Shown here one piece after another: positions 45,582-55,442 of a DNA stretch of 64,000 nt (position 1 is its first letter; each line of letters begins with the position of its first letter). The notes under the pieces are model-generated. The model was given only the letters and a program-made list of their open reading frames with translations, had not been told where the DNA came from and did no database searches. A program made the translations under genes and the position numbers. This DNA is from an uncultured Candidatus Sumerlaeota bacterium. Its GTDB lineage: Bacteria; Sumerlaeota; Sumerlaeia; SLMS01; JAHLLQ01. The stretch lies in contig CAZOKZ010000001.1 in NCBI GenBank assembly GCA_964580585.1, positions 23,261 to 87,260 of the forward strand, in the 5' to 3' direction.

Positions 45582-46136
45582 TCATAGATCGTCGCGAATT
45601 TCGATCAATTCATAGGGATTTCCCAGGATATTGTTTCCATCCTCATCCACTAAACCTGCTTCTTTCATCGCTTTATCGCGAAATTCCAATTCCTTGGCGC
45701 TGGAAAAGTATTCGTCTCTATCGCCGATCAGGCCGTTCTTGTGCACACGAATGTATCCGGAATTCAATTCGGTCATCGAGCCATCAGGCTGTAATTTCAT
45801 ATAAACGTCTTCGGCATAGCCAGTTTCCAACGACGACGATGTCTCGATCATTCCATACACAGGAACCACGATTTGACGATAGCCATCAACGACGTTCAAC
45901 GCAGGGGCATCTGGAACTTCGTACGTAATTTTGATTTTGCCAGGGAAATCAACGGGCAGAATAAATTTGTTCGGTGTGCGTTGGCCTGGGTCCACAGCGG
46001 CAAATTGGATTTTAAACACCAACAGGAGTGCGATGACGAACACGATACCCGTAAAAACTAATGGCATCCACGATTGTTTGGCGGCAGGCATCGATTGATT
46101 TGAAACACTATCCATTGTATCATTTTGTGTCATCAT
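45582..46136 (-). CDS. Membrane-anchored hypothetical protein (DUF6843-like)
   Basis: N-terminal TM helix then FILPVDFPGKIKITY..PDAP.L...P..G.IETSS pattern. Confidence 0.55.
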   Translation of the reverse strand: MMTQNDTMDSVSNQSMPAAKQSWMPLVFTGIVFVIALLLVFKIQFAAVDPGQRTPNKFILPVDFPGKIKITYEVPDAPALNVVDGYRQIVVPVYGMIETSSSLETGYAEDVYMKLQPDGSMTELNSGYIRVHKNGLIGDRDEYFSSAKELEFRDKAMKEAGLVDEDGNNILGNPYELIEIRDDL

Positions 46137-47275
46137 TGTGCGCTCAGAACCTTCTCGATTTCCTCTATCAGTTTTTCGGCCTGGAGGCGAATCGATTCGT
46201 TTTCATCCTTTTTCAGTTTCTTCATCACTTTCTTTGCTTCTTTGGGGTCAGCGGCAGCATACCACTCCATGGCGGCGCGGCGAATATCATTATCCTCCAA
46301 GGGATCGAGCGAAATTTGTTCATACTCGGGCGTCGCCGCAGCGCCTAAATTTCTTAAATAATGCCGGGCAAAGTATCGTCCATCGTAATCGGCAAATTCC
46401 TTGGTCGCACGCAATGCTCCGCGCAACGTCGTTTTTGGTAATTCATAATCCGGTTTGCCATCAACTCGACGACGGAGAATCGAAGCACGAGTGGGAGTGT
46501 AATCGTTGCCCTCAAAATAGACCCAATCTTTAAATTCCTCAACAACTTCGCGACGACGAGCGATCGAGGTGTTCTCTGTCACGTCATAATTTCGGCCTGT
46601 TAGAAAATAGACTGCTTCGAATAATTTTGCCAGACTCAGTTCGTCGTTGCTATCGGCAATACGCGCTAATTCATTTAATCCTTTGCCGTTATCCATCAAA
46701 CCGAGCGATACGGCACCTTCGATGACAAAAGACGGATTGTCTGTCTCGGAGATAAATGTCTTGATGGAGTCGCCAGCAGAGGAATCGCCAATTAATCCCA
46801 ACGCTACGAGAGAATTATATCGAATATATGCGGTGAACGTTTGACGCGTTTCATCGTAAACCGACATCGGGAATTTTTCCATGTCGCGATCCAGCACTTG
46901 ACGCGCTCCCGACGGTAATTCGCCTTTCATCATTTGCACCAACAACGGTGTGGCGGTCTTACTTTGGCGAAAGCCCATTTCCTGAATAGCGGCGAGGACA
47001 ACTTCTGTCTTCACTTGGGGCGAATCGGGCAGGCTTACCCATTTACCGTCTGCTGTGCGAGCAAATCCTTTGTTCAGAAATCCCAACAACCCTTCATCGG
47101 TTACTCGAATGCCGTGCGAGAGCAAAACTTCCTGACGTTGCGGTCCGGTTTTCCGCGCCAGTGCGACAATTTCAGGATCGCGTTCCTGGGCAAAAACGGG
47201 GGAAAGCGAAACCGGCGCACTCAACAGCGCAATCAACGTCAATCCCCCAACAAGATGTCGCGTTATTTGCTTCAT
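46133..47275 (-). CDS. Secreted HEAT-repeat protein
   Basis: Signal peptide and HEAT-like helices (ALGLIGD, IRRAAM, DENESIR). ATGA overlaps on both sides. Confidence 0.6.
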   Translation of the reverse strand: MKQITRHLVGGLTLIALLSAPVSLSPVFAQERDPEIVALARKTGPQRQEVLLSHGIRVTDEGLLGFLNKGFARTADGKWVSLPDSPQVKTEVVLAAIQEMGFRQSKTATPLLVQMMKGELPSGARQVLDRDMEKFPMSVYDETRQTFTAYIRYNSLVALGLIGDSSAGDSIKTFISETDNPSFVIEGAVSLGLMDNGKGLNELARIADSNDELSLAKLFEAVYFLTGRNYDVTENTSIARRREVVEEFKDWVYFEGNDYTPTRASILRRRVDGKPDYELPKTTLRGALRATKEFADYDGRYFARHYLRNLGAAATPEYEQISLDPLEDNDIRRAAMEWYAAADPKEAKKVMKKLKKDENESIRLQAEKLIEEIEKVLSAQ

Positions 47276-47754
47276 CGCACTTTATACTCCCGTGCCAACT
47301 CGCGTTTCAGGTCACGTTCCTTAATATCATGTCGCTTATCGATCGCGTCTTTGCCGCGTGCCAGACCCACTTCTATCTTCACCAAACCTCGTTCGCTGAG
47401 ATAAACCTTGAGAGGCACGATCGTCATGCCTTTTTGGGTAACGGAACCCGCCAGGCGATCGATTTCCTTACGATGCAGCAGCAACTTGCGGTCGCGTGTC
47501 GAAGGTTCGGTAAATGCCGCTGCCTTAGTATAAGGAGGAATCGTCATCCCCACGACGTAAATCTCTTCGCCCTTGGGAACAATGTACGCCTCGGCGATGG
47601 AGCCGCCGCCATCGCGCAGAGATTTCACTTCCGACCCCTTGAGTTCGATGCCCGCTTCAATGCGCTCGATGATGTGGTACAAATGATTCGCTTTGCGATT
47701 CTGCACCAGAATCTTGCCCGCACGCTGTTCCGATTTATCCTGCTTCTTAGCCAT
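47272..47754 (-). CDS. smpB: SsrA-binding protein
   Basis: NRKA, EAGIELKGSEVKSLR, RKLLLHRKEI and GLARGK..DKR. Confidence 0.96.
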   Translation of the reverse strand: MAKKQDKSEQRAGKILVQNRKANHLYHIIERIEAGIELKGSEVKSLRDGGGSIAEAYIVPKGEEIYVVGMTIPPYTKAAAFTEPSTRDRKLLLHRKEIDRLAGSVTQKGMTIVPLKVYLSERGLVKIEVGLARGKDAIDKRHDIKERDLKRELAREYKVR

Positions 47755-47776
47755 GATCCACCAGTTTCAATTACCC

Positions 47777-48361
47777 TTATTCCGAATCGTTTTCCGTCCC
47801 GAGAAGTTCCGGGTGCTTGCGCAACAACCGGGTATAATGAACGACATCGGCGCCCACGCGCTCAACGCGTTTGTGCAGCTTTTCATCTTTTAGGGTGCCG
47901 TCCTCGTTGAACGCCGAGTAAGCTGCTCCTACAGCAGCCTGGTGGGGAATCACCCACGCGTGCACCCAACGGCAAACCAAGCGCAAATGATTCAAGGCGT
48001 TTGAATTCGCTCCGCCACCCAATACGCTAATGAGACCGCATACTTTGTCCTGCATCTGGTCGATGCTCACCAGATCCAACGCGTTTTTAAGCACTCCCGA
48101 GTACGAACCGTGATACTCCGGTGTTCCGAGAATCATCGCATCGGCTTCCTGAACCAGCATTTGCCACCGTTCCAGGTTTGCTTTTTGATAATCGGTTGAG
48201 GGACCCTGGCAGAAGGGGAGTGGATTCTGGGCCAGGTCGAAAAGGATGATCTCTGCGCCTTCGACTTTTGCCGCTCCAAGGGCAATTTTCAGCGCCTCCA
48301 ATGTATGCGACCCTTCGCGCAAACTTCCACAAACACCCAACACACGGATAGTCTCGGCCAT
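47777..48361 (-). CDS. NAD(P)H-dependent FMN reductase
   Basis: GSLREGSHT and TPEYHGSYSGVLKNALD. Confidence 0.9.
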   Translation of the reverse strand: MAETIRVLGVCGSLREGSHTLEALKIALGAAKVEGAEIILFDLAQNPLPFCQGPSTDYQKANLERWQMLVQEADAMILGTPEYHGSYSGVLKNALDLVSIDQMQDKVCGLISVLGGGANSNALNHLRLVCRWVHAWVIPHQAAVGAAYSAFNEDGTLKDEKLHKRVERVGADVVHYTRLLRKHPELLGTENDSE

Positions 48362-48435
48362 GAGATATTTCTCTCCAGAAAAGTTATTCACTTGGCATGG
48401 TCGCAGCAAATGCCATACCGCGTTAAAAGGGACGA

Positions 48436-49581
48436 TCAGGTTTTGTCCGTGGGTTTCTGAATCTGCTGCTCGGAAGCCCCGTTACGTTTGCGCTCGAAGA
48501 ACCGCATGTACTCGATCAGCATCAGCAACCCCACGCCGATCAACGCAACATTGATCAGCAACAACGCCGATTGGCCTTGTGCCAACAAGACAGCATTCAC
48601 GCCGAAATAGATAGTTCCGTAGAGAAAAACCAGCACCACACGTCGTTGGTCCAACCCCGCGTCGAGCAATCGGTGATGCAAATGTCGTCGGTCGGCTTTG
48701 AATGGATTCGTTCCGCGCACAATTCGCCGCAGGAATGAAAAAGTCGTTTCAAACAAGGGCAAAGCCAACGCCACCATCGGAACCAGCAATGCCAATAACG
48801 CCGGAGCCTTTGTGCTGCTGATCAAGGAAGCGGTCGCCAGAACATACCCGATGGAAAGCGAACCGCTATCGCCGAGAAAAATCCTGGCCGGATGCCAATT
48901 GTGCGTCAGAAACCCGACTAACGCGCCTGCCGTGATAAAAGGAAGTGCCATTCCCAGCATCATGGCACCGGTGTCTGCAATCACCAGTCCGATCACCCCA
49001 AGAGTTACCGCCGCAATCAGCGAAACGCCTCCCGCCAGACCATCAAGGCCATCGATCAGGTTTATCGCATTCATGAGCGCGGCATACCAGCCCAACGTCA
49101 GCAACAGACTTGGAAGACTAGCCAGCACGTATGCTGCGAAATGGGTTCCTGGATCGCCGACAAGTCCCACAAATTCGCCAAATCCCGTCGTTACGCGTTC
49201 GATCCGCACACCAGCCAACCACAGGCCCAAAGCGATGGAGAGCTGGAGAGAAAGCTTCATCAAAGGACGCATACCGACCACGTCATCCCACAGTCCTACT
49301 AAAAAAATCCCCAGTAGCCCGATCATAAACGCGACGAGAATTTTTTGGTCCAACAACGCGGGCAACGGCGCCAGGGTGGCATAAATCGCCGTGCCAATCA
49401 AGATCGTGAGCGTGAATCCCAGCCCTCCCAAATACGCGATGGGCTCTCGGTGCACCTTGCGCTCGCCGGGGTAATCCATAATTCCGGTCGCATGGCTGAC
49501 CCGACACGCCAACCATGTGGCGATTGTGCCGATTACACAGCACACAGCGAACAGAATGGCACTTATGGTAACCGTTGGCAC
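48436..49581 (-). CDS. wecA: Undecaprenyl-phosphate GlcNAc-1-phosphate transferase (WecA/TagO, MraY family)
   Basis: RKVH..P...GG, WDD, NAINLIDGLDGL, IFLGDSGS and ADRRHLHHRL. Confidence 0.88.
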   Translation of the reverse strand: MPTVTISAILFAVCCVIGTIATWLACRVSHATGIMDYPGERKVHREPIAYLGGLGFTLTILIGTAIYATLAPLPALLDQKILVAFMIGLLGIFLVGLWDDVVGMRPLMKLSLQLSIALGLWLAGVRIERVTTGFGEFVGLVGDPGTHFAAYVLASLPSLLLTLGWYAALMNAINLIDGLDGLAGGVSLIAAVTLGVIGLVIADTGAMMLGMALPFITAGALVGFLTHNWHPARIFLGDSGSLSIGYVLATASLISSTKAPALLALLVPMVALALPLFETTFSFLRRIVRGTNPFKADRRHLHHRLLDAGLDQRRVVLVFLYGTIYFGVNAVLLAQGQSALLLINVALIGVGLLMLIEYMRFFERKRNGASEQQIQKPTDKT

Positions 49582-49817
49582 CGGACAACGTTCTCCTCGA
49601 CGGAATTCGACTTTACGGTTGGGGGAGGCCGTCCTTGGGTCAAGTGGGGTTGTTCAAGAATGAAACACCCGGAACGCATCTTTGAGCTAAATTTTCGGCG
49701 GTACGAACAAAAACAGTGATACCACAGCGATCGAGCATGCCCAATATTCGTATTCTCGGCACGAAAATTGATGCTTTCTTGCTTCATCGAATGAAATTTT
49801 TAATCAAGGAAGAACCA

Positions 49818-50816
49818 ATGATGCTGAAACGTATTCTGGGAAAACAAGGTCCCGAAGTCTCGGTTCTCGGTCTTGGTTGAATGGGGATGTCTGACTTTTA
49901 CGGTTCCGCAAACACAACCGAAAGCAAAGCGACACTCACGGCTGCACTCGAAGCAGGTATGACGCTTCTCGATACCGGTGATTTTTACGGTATGGGGGAC
50001 AACGAAATGCTCTTGCGCGATGGCTTGAAGGGCCATTCCCGGGAACAAGTGATCCTTAGTGTTAAATTTGGGGCTTTACGCGATGCTGGTGGGAATTGGA
50101 TTGGCACCGATGGACGACCTGAGTCGGTAAAGAATTTCCTCGCCTATTCGCTTCGCCGCTTGGGAACCGACTACATCGACATCTATCGCCCTGCGCGCGT
50201 CGATCCCAACGTCCCAATCGAAGAAACTGTTGGCGCCATTGCCGAAATGGTCACCGCTGGATACGTTCGTCACGTAGGACTGTCCGAGGTCGGAGCGGAA
50301 ACGATTCGTCGTGCGCATGCTACCCATCCCATTTCCGATCTTCAGATTGAATATTCGCTTTTTACCCGAACCATCGAGGGGAAAATACTTCCCACATGCC
50401 GCGAGCTTGGTATTGGAATTACCGCTTACGGTGTGCTTTCACGCGGACTTCTCAGCGGTCATTGGTCAAAGGATCGTGATATTTCCAAAAATGATTTCCG
50501 AGGATTTACTCCCCGGTTTGTGGGCGAAAACCTGGAACGTAATCTCGCCCTGGTCGAATCGCTTCGCGCCATCGGCAATCAAAAAGGGGTGACAGTTGCT
50601 CAACTGGCCATTGCGTGGGTGATCTCGCGTGGAGAGGATATCATTCCGCTGGTTGGTGCACGTAAACGCGAACGACTCGCCGAAGCACTTGGTGCTCTTT
50701 ACATTCAACTTTCAGACGAAGAGTTGACGGCTATCGAGGCGGCTATACCAGCCGATGCCGCTGCAGGAGATCGTTATCCGGCACCAGCCATGGCGAACTT
50801 GGATAGCGAACGGTAA
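49818..50816 (+). CDS. Aldo/keto reductase with an in-frame TGA (49878-49880) at the Cys of GLGCMGMS
   Basis: AAGGA RBS, then ATG at 49818 gives MMLKRILGKQGPEVSVLGLG-TGA-MGMSDFYG in frame with DTGDFYG, VKFG, SLRRLGTDYIDIY and QIEYSL. Confidence 0.85.
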
Positions 50817-50894
50817 ATCCTCGTTGTAAATCCCTTGCGGGATTCGCCTCTTCGCCATTAGCAATCGCCTATCAAATCAAGGCGTGTGAAACGA

Positions 50895-52166
50895 ATGGAC
50901 CCATTCCTGTACGACGACGATTTTTCCCCGACCGAATCCGTGGATACAAACGCTCGCGCGCCCATGACCGTCACGCAGGTGACGGCACAAATTCGTAATC
51001 ACCTGGAAAGCCATTTCGGTCGCCTGTGGATTGAGGGAGAAATACGTAACTGGTCCGTGGCAGGGTCCGGGCACGTCTATTTTTCACTCCGCGACGAAGG
51101 CGCCCTGATTTCCGCTGTGATGTGGCGGTCAACCCATCAAAAGCTATCCTTCAACTTCAAAGATGGCGACCTTGTCGAAGCGCGCGGTAAAATTAGTCTC
51201 TTTGAAAAACGTGGTCAGTATCAGATTCTTGTCGATTCGCTCAAGCCTGTGGGCGAGGGGCTGCTTTGGCGTAAATTCATCGAGTTGAAAGCAAAACTCG
51301 AACGAGAAGGTTTATTCGATCCGGTGCATAAAAAAATTATTCCGACTCTTCCCGCAAAAATTGGCGTCATCACATCACCGACGGGTGCGGCAATTCGCGA
51401 CGTACTTTCGATTCTTCGTCGTCGGGCCCCAGGAGTGGAAATTCTCGTCTGGCCTGCACGCGTTCAGGGTGTCGGTGCTGCCCAGGAACTTGCAGAAGGG
51501 GTACGAAAGCTGGCCGCTTCCGGTCTCGTGGATGTGATCATCATCGGTCGTGGTGGGGGATCGCTCGAGGACCTCTGGGAATTTAACGACGAACGCCTTG
51601 CGCGTGAAATCCATGGCGCTCCGATCCCAATTATCTCCGCCGTCGGACACGAAGTCGATTTCACGATCTGCGATTTCGTGGCCGATTTGCGTGCCGCAAC
51701 GCCTTCCGCTGCTGCCGAACTGGTCAGTGCCGATCGTGCGCAATTGCGCCTTCGACTGCTCGAAGGCATTCAACGCATGGATCGCGCACTAGACAATCGG
51801 CTTGCCAATTTGCGTTCGCGATTAGGTCGCGCCAGCAATAGCTATGCACTACGCGAGCCGGAAATTTTACTTCGGAACGCCCAACAACGTGTCGATCTGG
51901 CGTTTGAAACCATGGATGAATCGATGAATCAACGATTGAGCGACTTGCACCACCGCGTGAATCGTTGCCAAGCTGCCTTGCAAGGTCATAATCCCGAATT
52001 GATTTTGCGCAAAGGCTATGCAATCGTTCGAGGTGTTAAGGACGAACGGGTTATCGCGTCGTCGAATAAACTCCGTCCAGGAACACACGTTCATGCATAT
52101 TTCCAGGATGGCCGTGCACGGCTGGTTGCTACGGACGATGCCCCCGATCTGTTCGAGGAGACGTGA
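50895..52166 (+). CDS. xseA: Exodeoxyribonuclease VII large subunit
   Basis: GEI.N...SGHVYFSL, ITSPTGAAIRD, RGGGSLEDLW and SAVGHEVDFTICDFVADLRAATPSAAAE. Confidence 0.95.
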   Translation: MDPFLYDDDFSPTESVDTNARAPMTVTQVTAQIRNHLESHFGRLWIEGEIRNWSVAGSGHVYFSLRDEGALISAVMWRSTHQKLSFNFKDGDLVEARGKISLFEKRGQYQILVDSLKPVGEGLLWRKFIELKAKLEREGLFDPVHKKIIPTLPAKIGVITSPTGAAIRDVLSILRRRAPGVEILVWPARVQGVGAAQELAEGVRKLAASGLVDVIIIGRGGGSLEDLWEFNDERLAREIHGAPIPIISAVGHEVDFTICDFVADLRAATPSAAAELVSADRAQLRLRLLEGIQRMDRALDNRLANLRSRLGRASNSYALREPEILLRNAQQRVDLAFETMDESMNQRLSDLHHRVNRCQAALQGHNPELILRKGYAIVRGVKDERVIASSNKLRPGTHVHAYFQDGRARLVATDDAPDLFEET

Positions 52167-52176
52167 GGAGAACAAG

Positions 52177-53400
52177 GTGAAGATCACGTGCAACGGATTC
52201 GCCATTCTGGCGCTCCTCTTCGTCGCCATTTGCTTTCCGGCCATTGGGAATGCAGCCGAAACATGTTCATTTTGTCGGAAAACAATAACCGGCTCCTATA
52301 CGACGTACTCCGTCCCCGGAGAAAATCCACTGCTGGTTTGTACACAATGCAATCAATCCCTGAATCGTTGTGAATTGTGCGGTGTTCCAACCAAAAACAA
52401 GGCGATCAAAACGGGAAACGTCTTGTGCAGTCGATGCATCTCGCACGCAAAACGTTGTTCAATTTGCAATCAGCTCATTAAAGGTACCTATTCGGTTTAT
52501 CAACGTGCAGGCGAATCCGATATCGCCATTTGTCAAAACTGTATTCAAACGAAACCGCGTTGTTCAGCCTGTAATCGACCTTATCTGCAGCGCGATTTAA
52601 GAGCCTATGGGAATGACCTTTGGTGTACGGAATGTTTGGAAAAGACAAAAATTTGCAATCTTTGCAATATTCCGATAAACGATAAAATTTACACTTTGGA
52701 ATACCATAAGGGACAATGGTGCGGGTTTTGTTTCGAACGATCCGAAAAGTGTAGTTTTTGCAGTCGTCCCATGAAAACTGCCGCGGCCCATGTGCTAGAT
52801 GGACGCCAATTATGCGCCGATTGTTACCATTCTTCTATTTCGGGGACAGAGGCAGTGAACTCCATTGCGCATCAGATTGCTCCTTTATACGAAGAGATTC
52901 TTGGACTTCCGGTAACGTTGCCTCCCATTCGTGTTGTGCTGATGGAAGAACTCACCGCAGTGCGAAATAGTCTCCCAACTGCCGAAGGCAAATCGCCGAC
53001 ACGACGGCTTGGAAAACCTTCTCCGTCCCCCGTACTAAAAGAGCTTGGGTTATTTTCAGCCCAAGGCCGAAAAAAACAAATCCTGATACTCGACACACAA
53101 CCGGAAGATATCATGTGGGAAACCATTGCGCACGAACTGGCTCATGCATGGCAATTCGAGCATTTTCCACATTGCACCGATCCCGTTTTGGTCGAAGGCT
53201 TTGCCCAATGGATGGCGGAAAAAATTTGTTATCGCACCCATCATCGTACAGGACTGCAAAACCTCCACAACCGCGACGACGAATACGGCCATGCTTATCG
53301 CACTGTGTCGAACATTGAAATTTTAAAAGGCGAACGTGCCGTCATCGAAGCGCTTTCGACCAACTCCGTCCCCGATTTAACGAAATCAGCGGCCAAATAA
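52177..53400 (+). CDS. Secreted LIM-like multi-zinc-finger protein with DA1-type HExxH metallopeptidase domain
   Basis: GAGGAG RBS and GTG at 52177, signal peptide, 12 CxxC pairs, then IAHELAHAW...VEGFAQW...YG. Confidence 0.75.
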   Translation: MKITCNGFAILALLFVAICFPAIGNAAETCSFCRKTITGSYTTYSVPGENPLLVCTQCNQSLNRCELCGVPTKNKAIKTGNVLCSRCISHAKRCSICNQLIKGTYSVYQRAGESDIAICQNCIQTKPRCSACNRPYLQRDLRAYGNDLWCTECLEKTKICNLCNIPINDKIYTLEYHKGQWCGFCFERSEKCSFCSRPMKTAAAHVLDGRQLCADCYHSSISGTEAVNSIAHQIAPLYEEILGLPVTLPPIRVVLMEELTAVRNSLPTAEGKSPTRRLGKPSPSPVLKELGLFSAQGRKKQILILDTQPEDIMWETIAHELAHAWQFEHFPHCTDPVLVEGFAQWMAEKICYRTHHRTGLQNLHNRDDEYGHAYRTVSNIEILKGERAVIEALSTNSVPDLTKSAAK

Positions 53401-54132
53401 ATGACACTTGAAAATAAAGTCGTTTGGATTACAGGTTCCGCGCGACGCGTCGGCAAAACCATCGCAATCGAAGCCGCACGCGAAGGCGCCGATATCGTCG
53501 TGCATTGCAATCGTTCTCGAAATGAAGCCGAAACGACCGCTTCTGAAATTCGAGCTATCGGCTCCAAAGCCCTTGTCGTTCAAGGCGATCATGCACAGCG
53601 GGCCGATGTGGAACGCATAATAAACGAAATCGATTCGCACTTTGGACGACTCGACGCATTGGTCAATTCCGCTTCAACATTTCCAACCAAGCCATTTACC
53701 GAAATTTCCACCGAGGAATTTTCATCGACCATCGATGCGAATTTGCGTGGGCCTTTTTTGTGCGCACAACTTGCGCTCCCTCTTCTTCGCGCAGCAAAAC
53801 CCGGGCGAATTGTCAACATCACCGACTGTATGTTGCCTCGTCCCTATCCGAAATACGCTGTCTATTGGTGTGCGAAAGGCGGACTTGATGCTTTGACTCG
53901 CGCACTGGCGAGGGAACTGGCCCCGGACGTGCTCGTAAACGCAGTCGCACCGGGCCCCGTGCTCGCGCCCGATGATATCACGGAACAAAAACGTGAAAAT
54001 ACCATTGCACGAACGTACCTCAAACGGTGGGGGAAACCCGAAGACGTGGCGTGTGCAGTAATCTATTTATTGAAGGCGGAATATACGACTGGTATCTCCG
54101 TCCCCGTAGATGGGGGACGGAGTCTTGGTTAG
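53401..54132 (+). CDS. SDR oxidoreductase (pteridine reductase/FolM-like)
   Basis: TGSARRVG, NSAS, NITD, YWCAK and VNAVAPG. Confidence 0.85.
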   Translation: MTLENKVVWITGSARRVGKTIAIEAAREGADIVVHCNRSRNEAETTASEIRAIGSKALVVQGDHAQRADVERIINEIDSHFGRLDALVNSASTFPTKPFTEISTEEFSSTIDANLRGPFLCAQLALPLLRAAKPGRIVNITDCMLPRPYPKYAVYWCAKGGLDALTRALARELAPDVLVNAVAPGPVLAPDDITEQKRENTIARTYLKRWGKPEDVACAVIYLLKAEYTTGISVPVDGGRSLG

Positions 54133-55373
54133 CGTCTTTGCGGGCAATCGCCCATCATGGGCAGCTCGATGATAAACGTTGTCCCCTGAGATTCCTCAGT
54201 TTCAAAAAATATCTCACCATGGTGTTCATCGATAATTTTTTTCGTCACGGCGAGCCCAATACCCGTTCCCCCTTTGCCTTTGGTCGAATAGAAAAGGTTG
54301 AACATTTTTTGCTGAACCTCGGGTGGAATTCCATCGCCATCGTCGCTGATGCGAATCCGGATCAAACGCGCACCGCAATCCAGTTCACTTGACACACGCA
54401 CTTCGCCTTCTCGACCTGCAGGAATCGCATCCAATGCGTTGCCCGCCAAGTTGAGCAAAGCATCGAACATCGCGCTTTCATCCATCATCACAGGCGGAAC
54501 GCGATGATCCAGATTAACGACAAAATGAATATTTCGTCGGAACGCAGTGTCCTCGATTTCATGTGCTAATCGAGCGATCAACGCATTCAAATCGCCTTGT
54601 TCCAATGCGCAACGATTCTCGCGTGAGAACACGAGCATGTTTTCGACCAATGCGCGGATTTTTTCCGTGCTGCGCGCCAGCAATTCCCACCCTTGGCGAA
54701 TTTTCCCCACATCGTTGCGCTTAATTCCCGCCTCGACGAAATACGAACCGCCCATCATATTTTGCAAAACGTTCTTGATGTAATGTGCCACTTCACTCAG
54801 TGAAATTGCGATCGCCGCCAACCGTTCGGCTTCGACTTTCTCGTTATAAAGGCGGGCTTTTTCGAGCACGATGGCAATTTGTTTGGCGAGAATTTCGCCA
54901 AACACAATTTCTTCGTCTCTCCATTCATGTGGGTTGCGGCGTCGCATCGAAAGAACGCCGACAACTTCGTCTTGGATACGTAACGGCGTACACAAATAGG
55001 CCAGATATTCGCGCGCTTCCGAACTTGCAGGTTCCGGAAAATCGCGTTCGTCGTTCGACGTGTCGTTTACCGCCAACGTTTGATTTTGCAGTGCGGCCCA
55101 GCCAGCCAGGCCTTCACCCAACCGAAATCCCTGGCGCCCAAGTTCCTCGGCGCGACTCCGTCCCTGCGAAGCTTTTAATACAAGAAAGTCTCCGTCCCCG
55201 CCTTCCTTTAAATAAACAGAGAAAGTGTCTGTTTCCATCACGCGAGCGCCAATTTCACAAATACGCAACACTATCGCATCGATGGTCATTACCGAGCCAA
55301 CGGCATAACTGATCTCAAGCAGTGCTTCGGCAATCCGGCGATCATGACCAAGCGCGGAAACGGGTGAAGACAT
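54129..55373 (-). CDS. Cytoplasmic GAF-domain sensor histidine kinase
   Basis: GAF (GEGLAGW, LCTPL), H-box AHYIKN, NLAGNALDA, DDGDGI and GTGIGL. Confidence 0.9.
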   Translation of the reverse strand: MSSPVSALGHDRRIAEALLEISYAVGSVMTIDAIVLRICEIGARVMETDTFSVYLKEGGDGDFLVLKASQGRSRAEELGRQGFRLGEGLAGWAALQNQTLAVNDTSNDERDFPEPASSEAREYLAYLCTPLRIQDEVVGVLSMRRRNPHEWRDEEIVFGEILAKQIAIVLEKARLYNEKVEAERLAAIAISLSEVAHYIKNVLQNMMGGSYFVEAGIKRNDVGKIRQGWELLARSTEKIRALVENMLVFSRENRCALEQGDLNALIARLAHEIEDTAFRRNIHFVVNLDHRVPPVMMDESAMFDALLNLAGNALDAIPAGREGEVRVSSELDCGARLIRIRISDDGDGIPPEVQQKMFNLFYSTKGKGGTGIGLAVTKKIIDEHHGEIFFETEESQGTTFIIELPMMGDCPQRR

Positions 55374-55400
55374 CAGTTGGTACTCCTTGTGTGTCGGTAG

Positions 55401-55431
55401 AAAACCGGCCCGGAACGATGCCCGGGCCGGT
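55401..55431 (-). terminator. Hairpin/terminator after ilvD
   Basis: ACCGGCCCGG/CCGGGCCGGT 10-bp stem with a short T tail on the minus strand. Confidence 0.55.
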
Positions 55432-55442
55432 GAAAGTACTGG

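Noticed and set aside
49878-49880. Genome-wide UGA reassignment (genetic code 4 or 25)
   Set aside because: Many intact genes here terminate at TGA, including ATGA-coupled pairs, and no other conserved gene shows an internal TGA.
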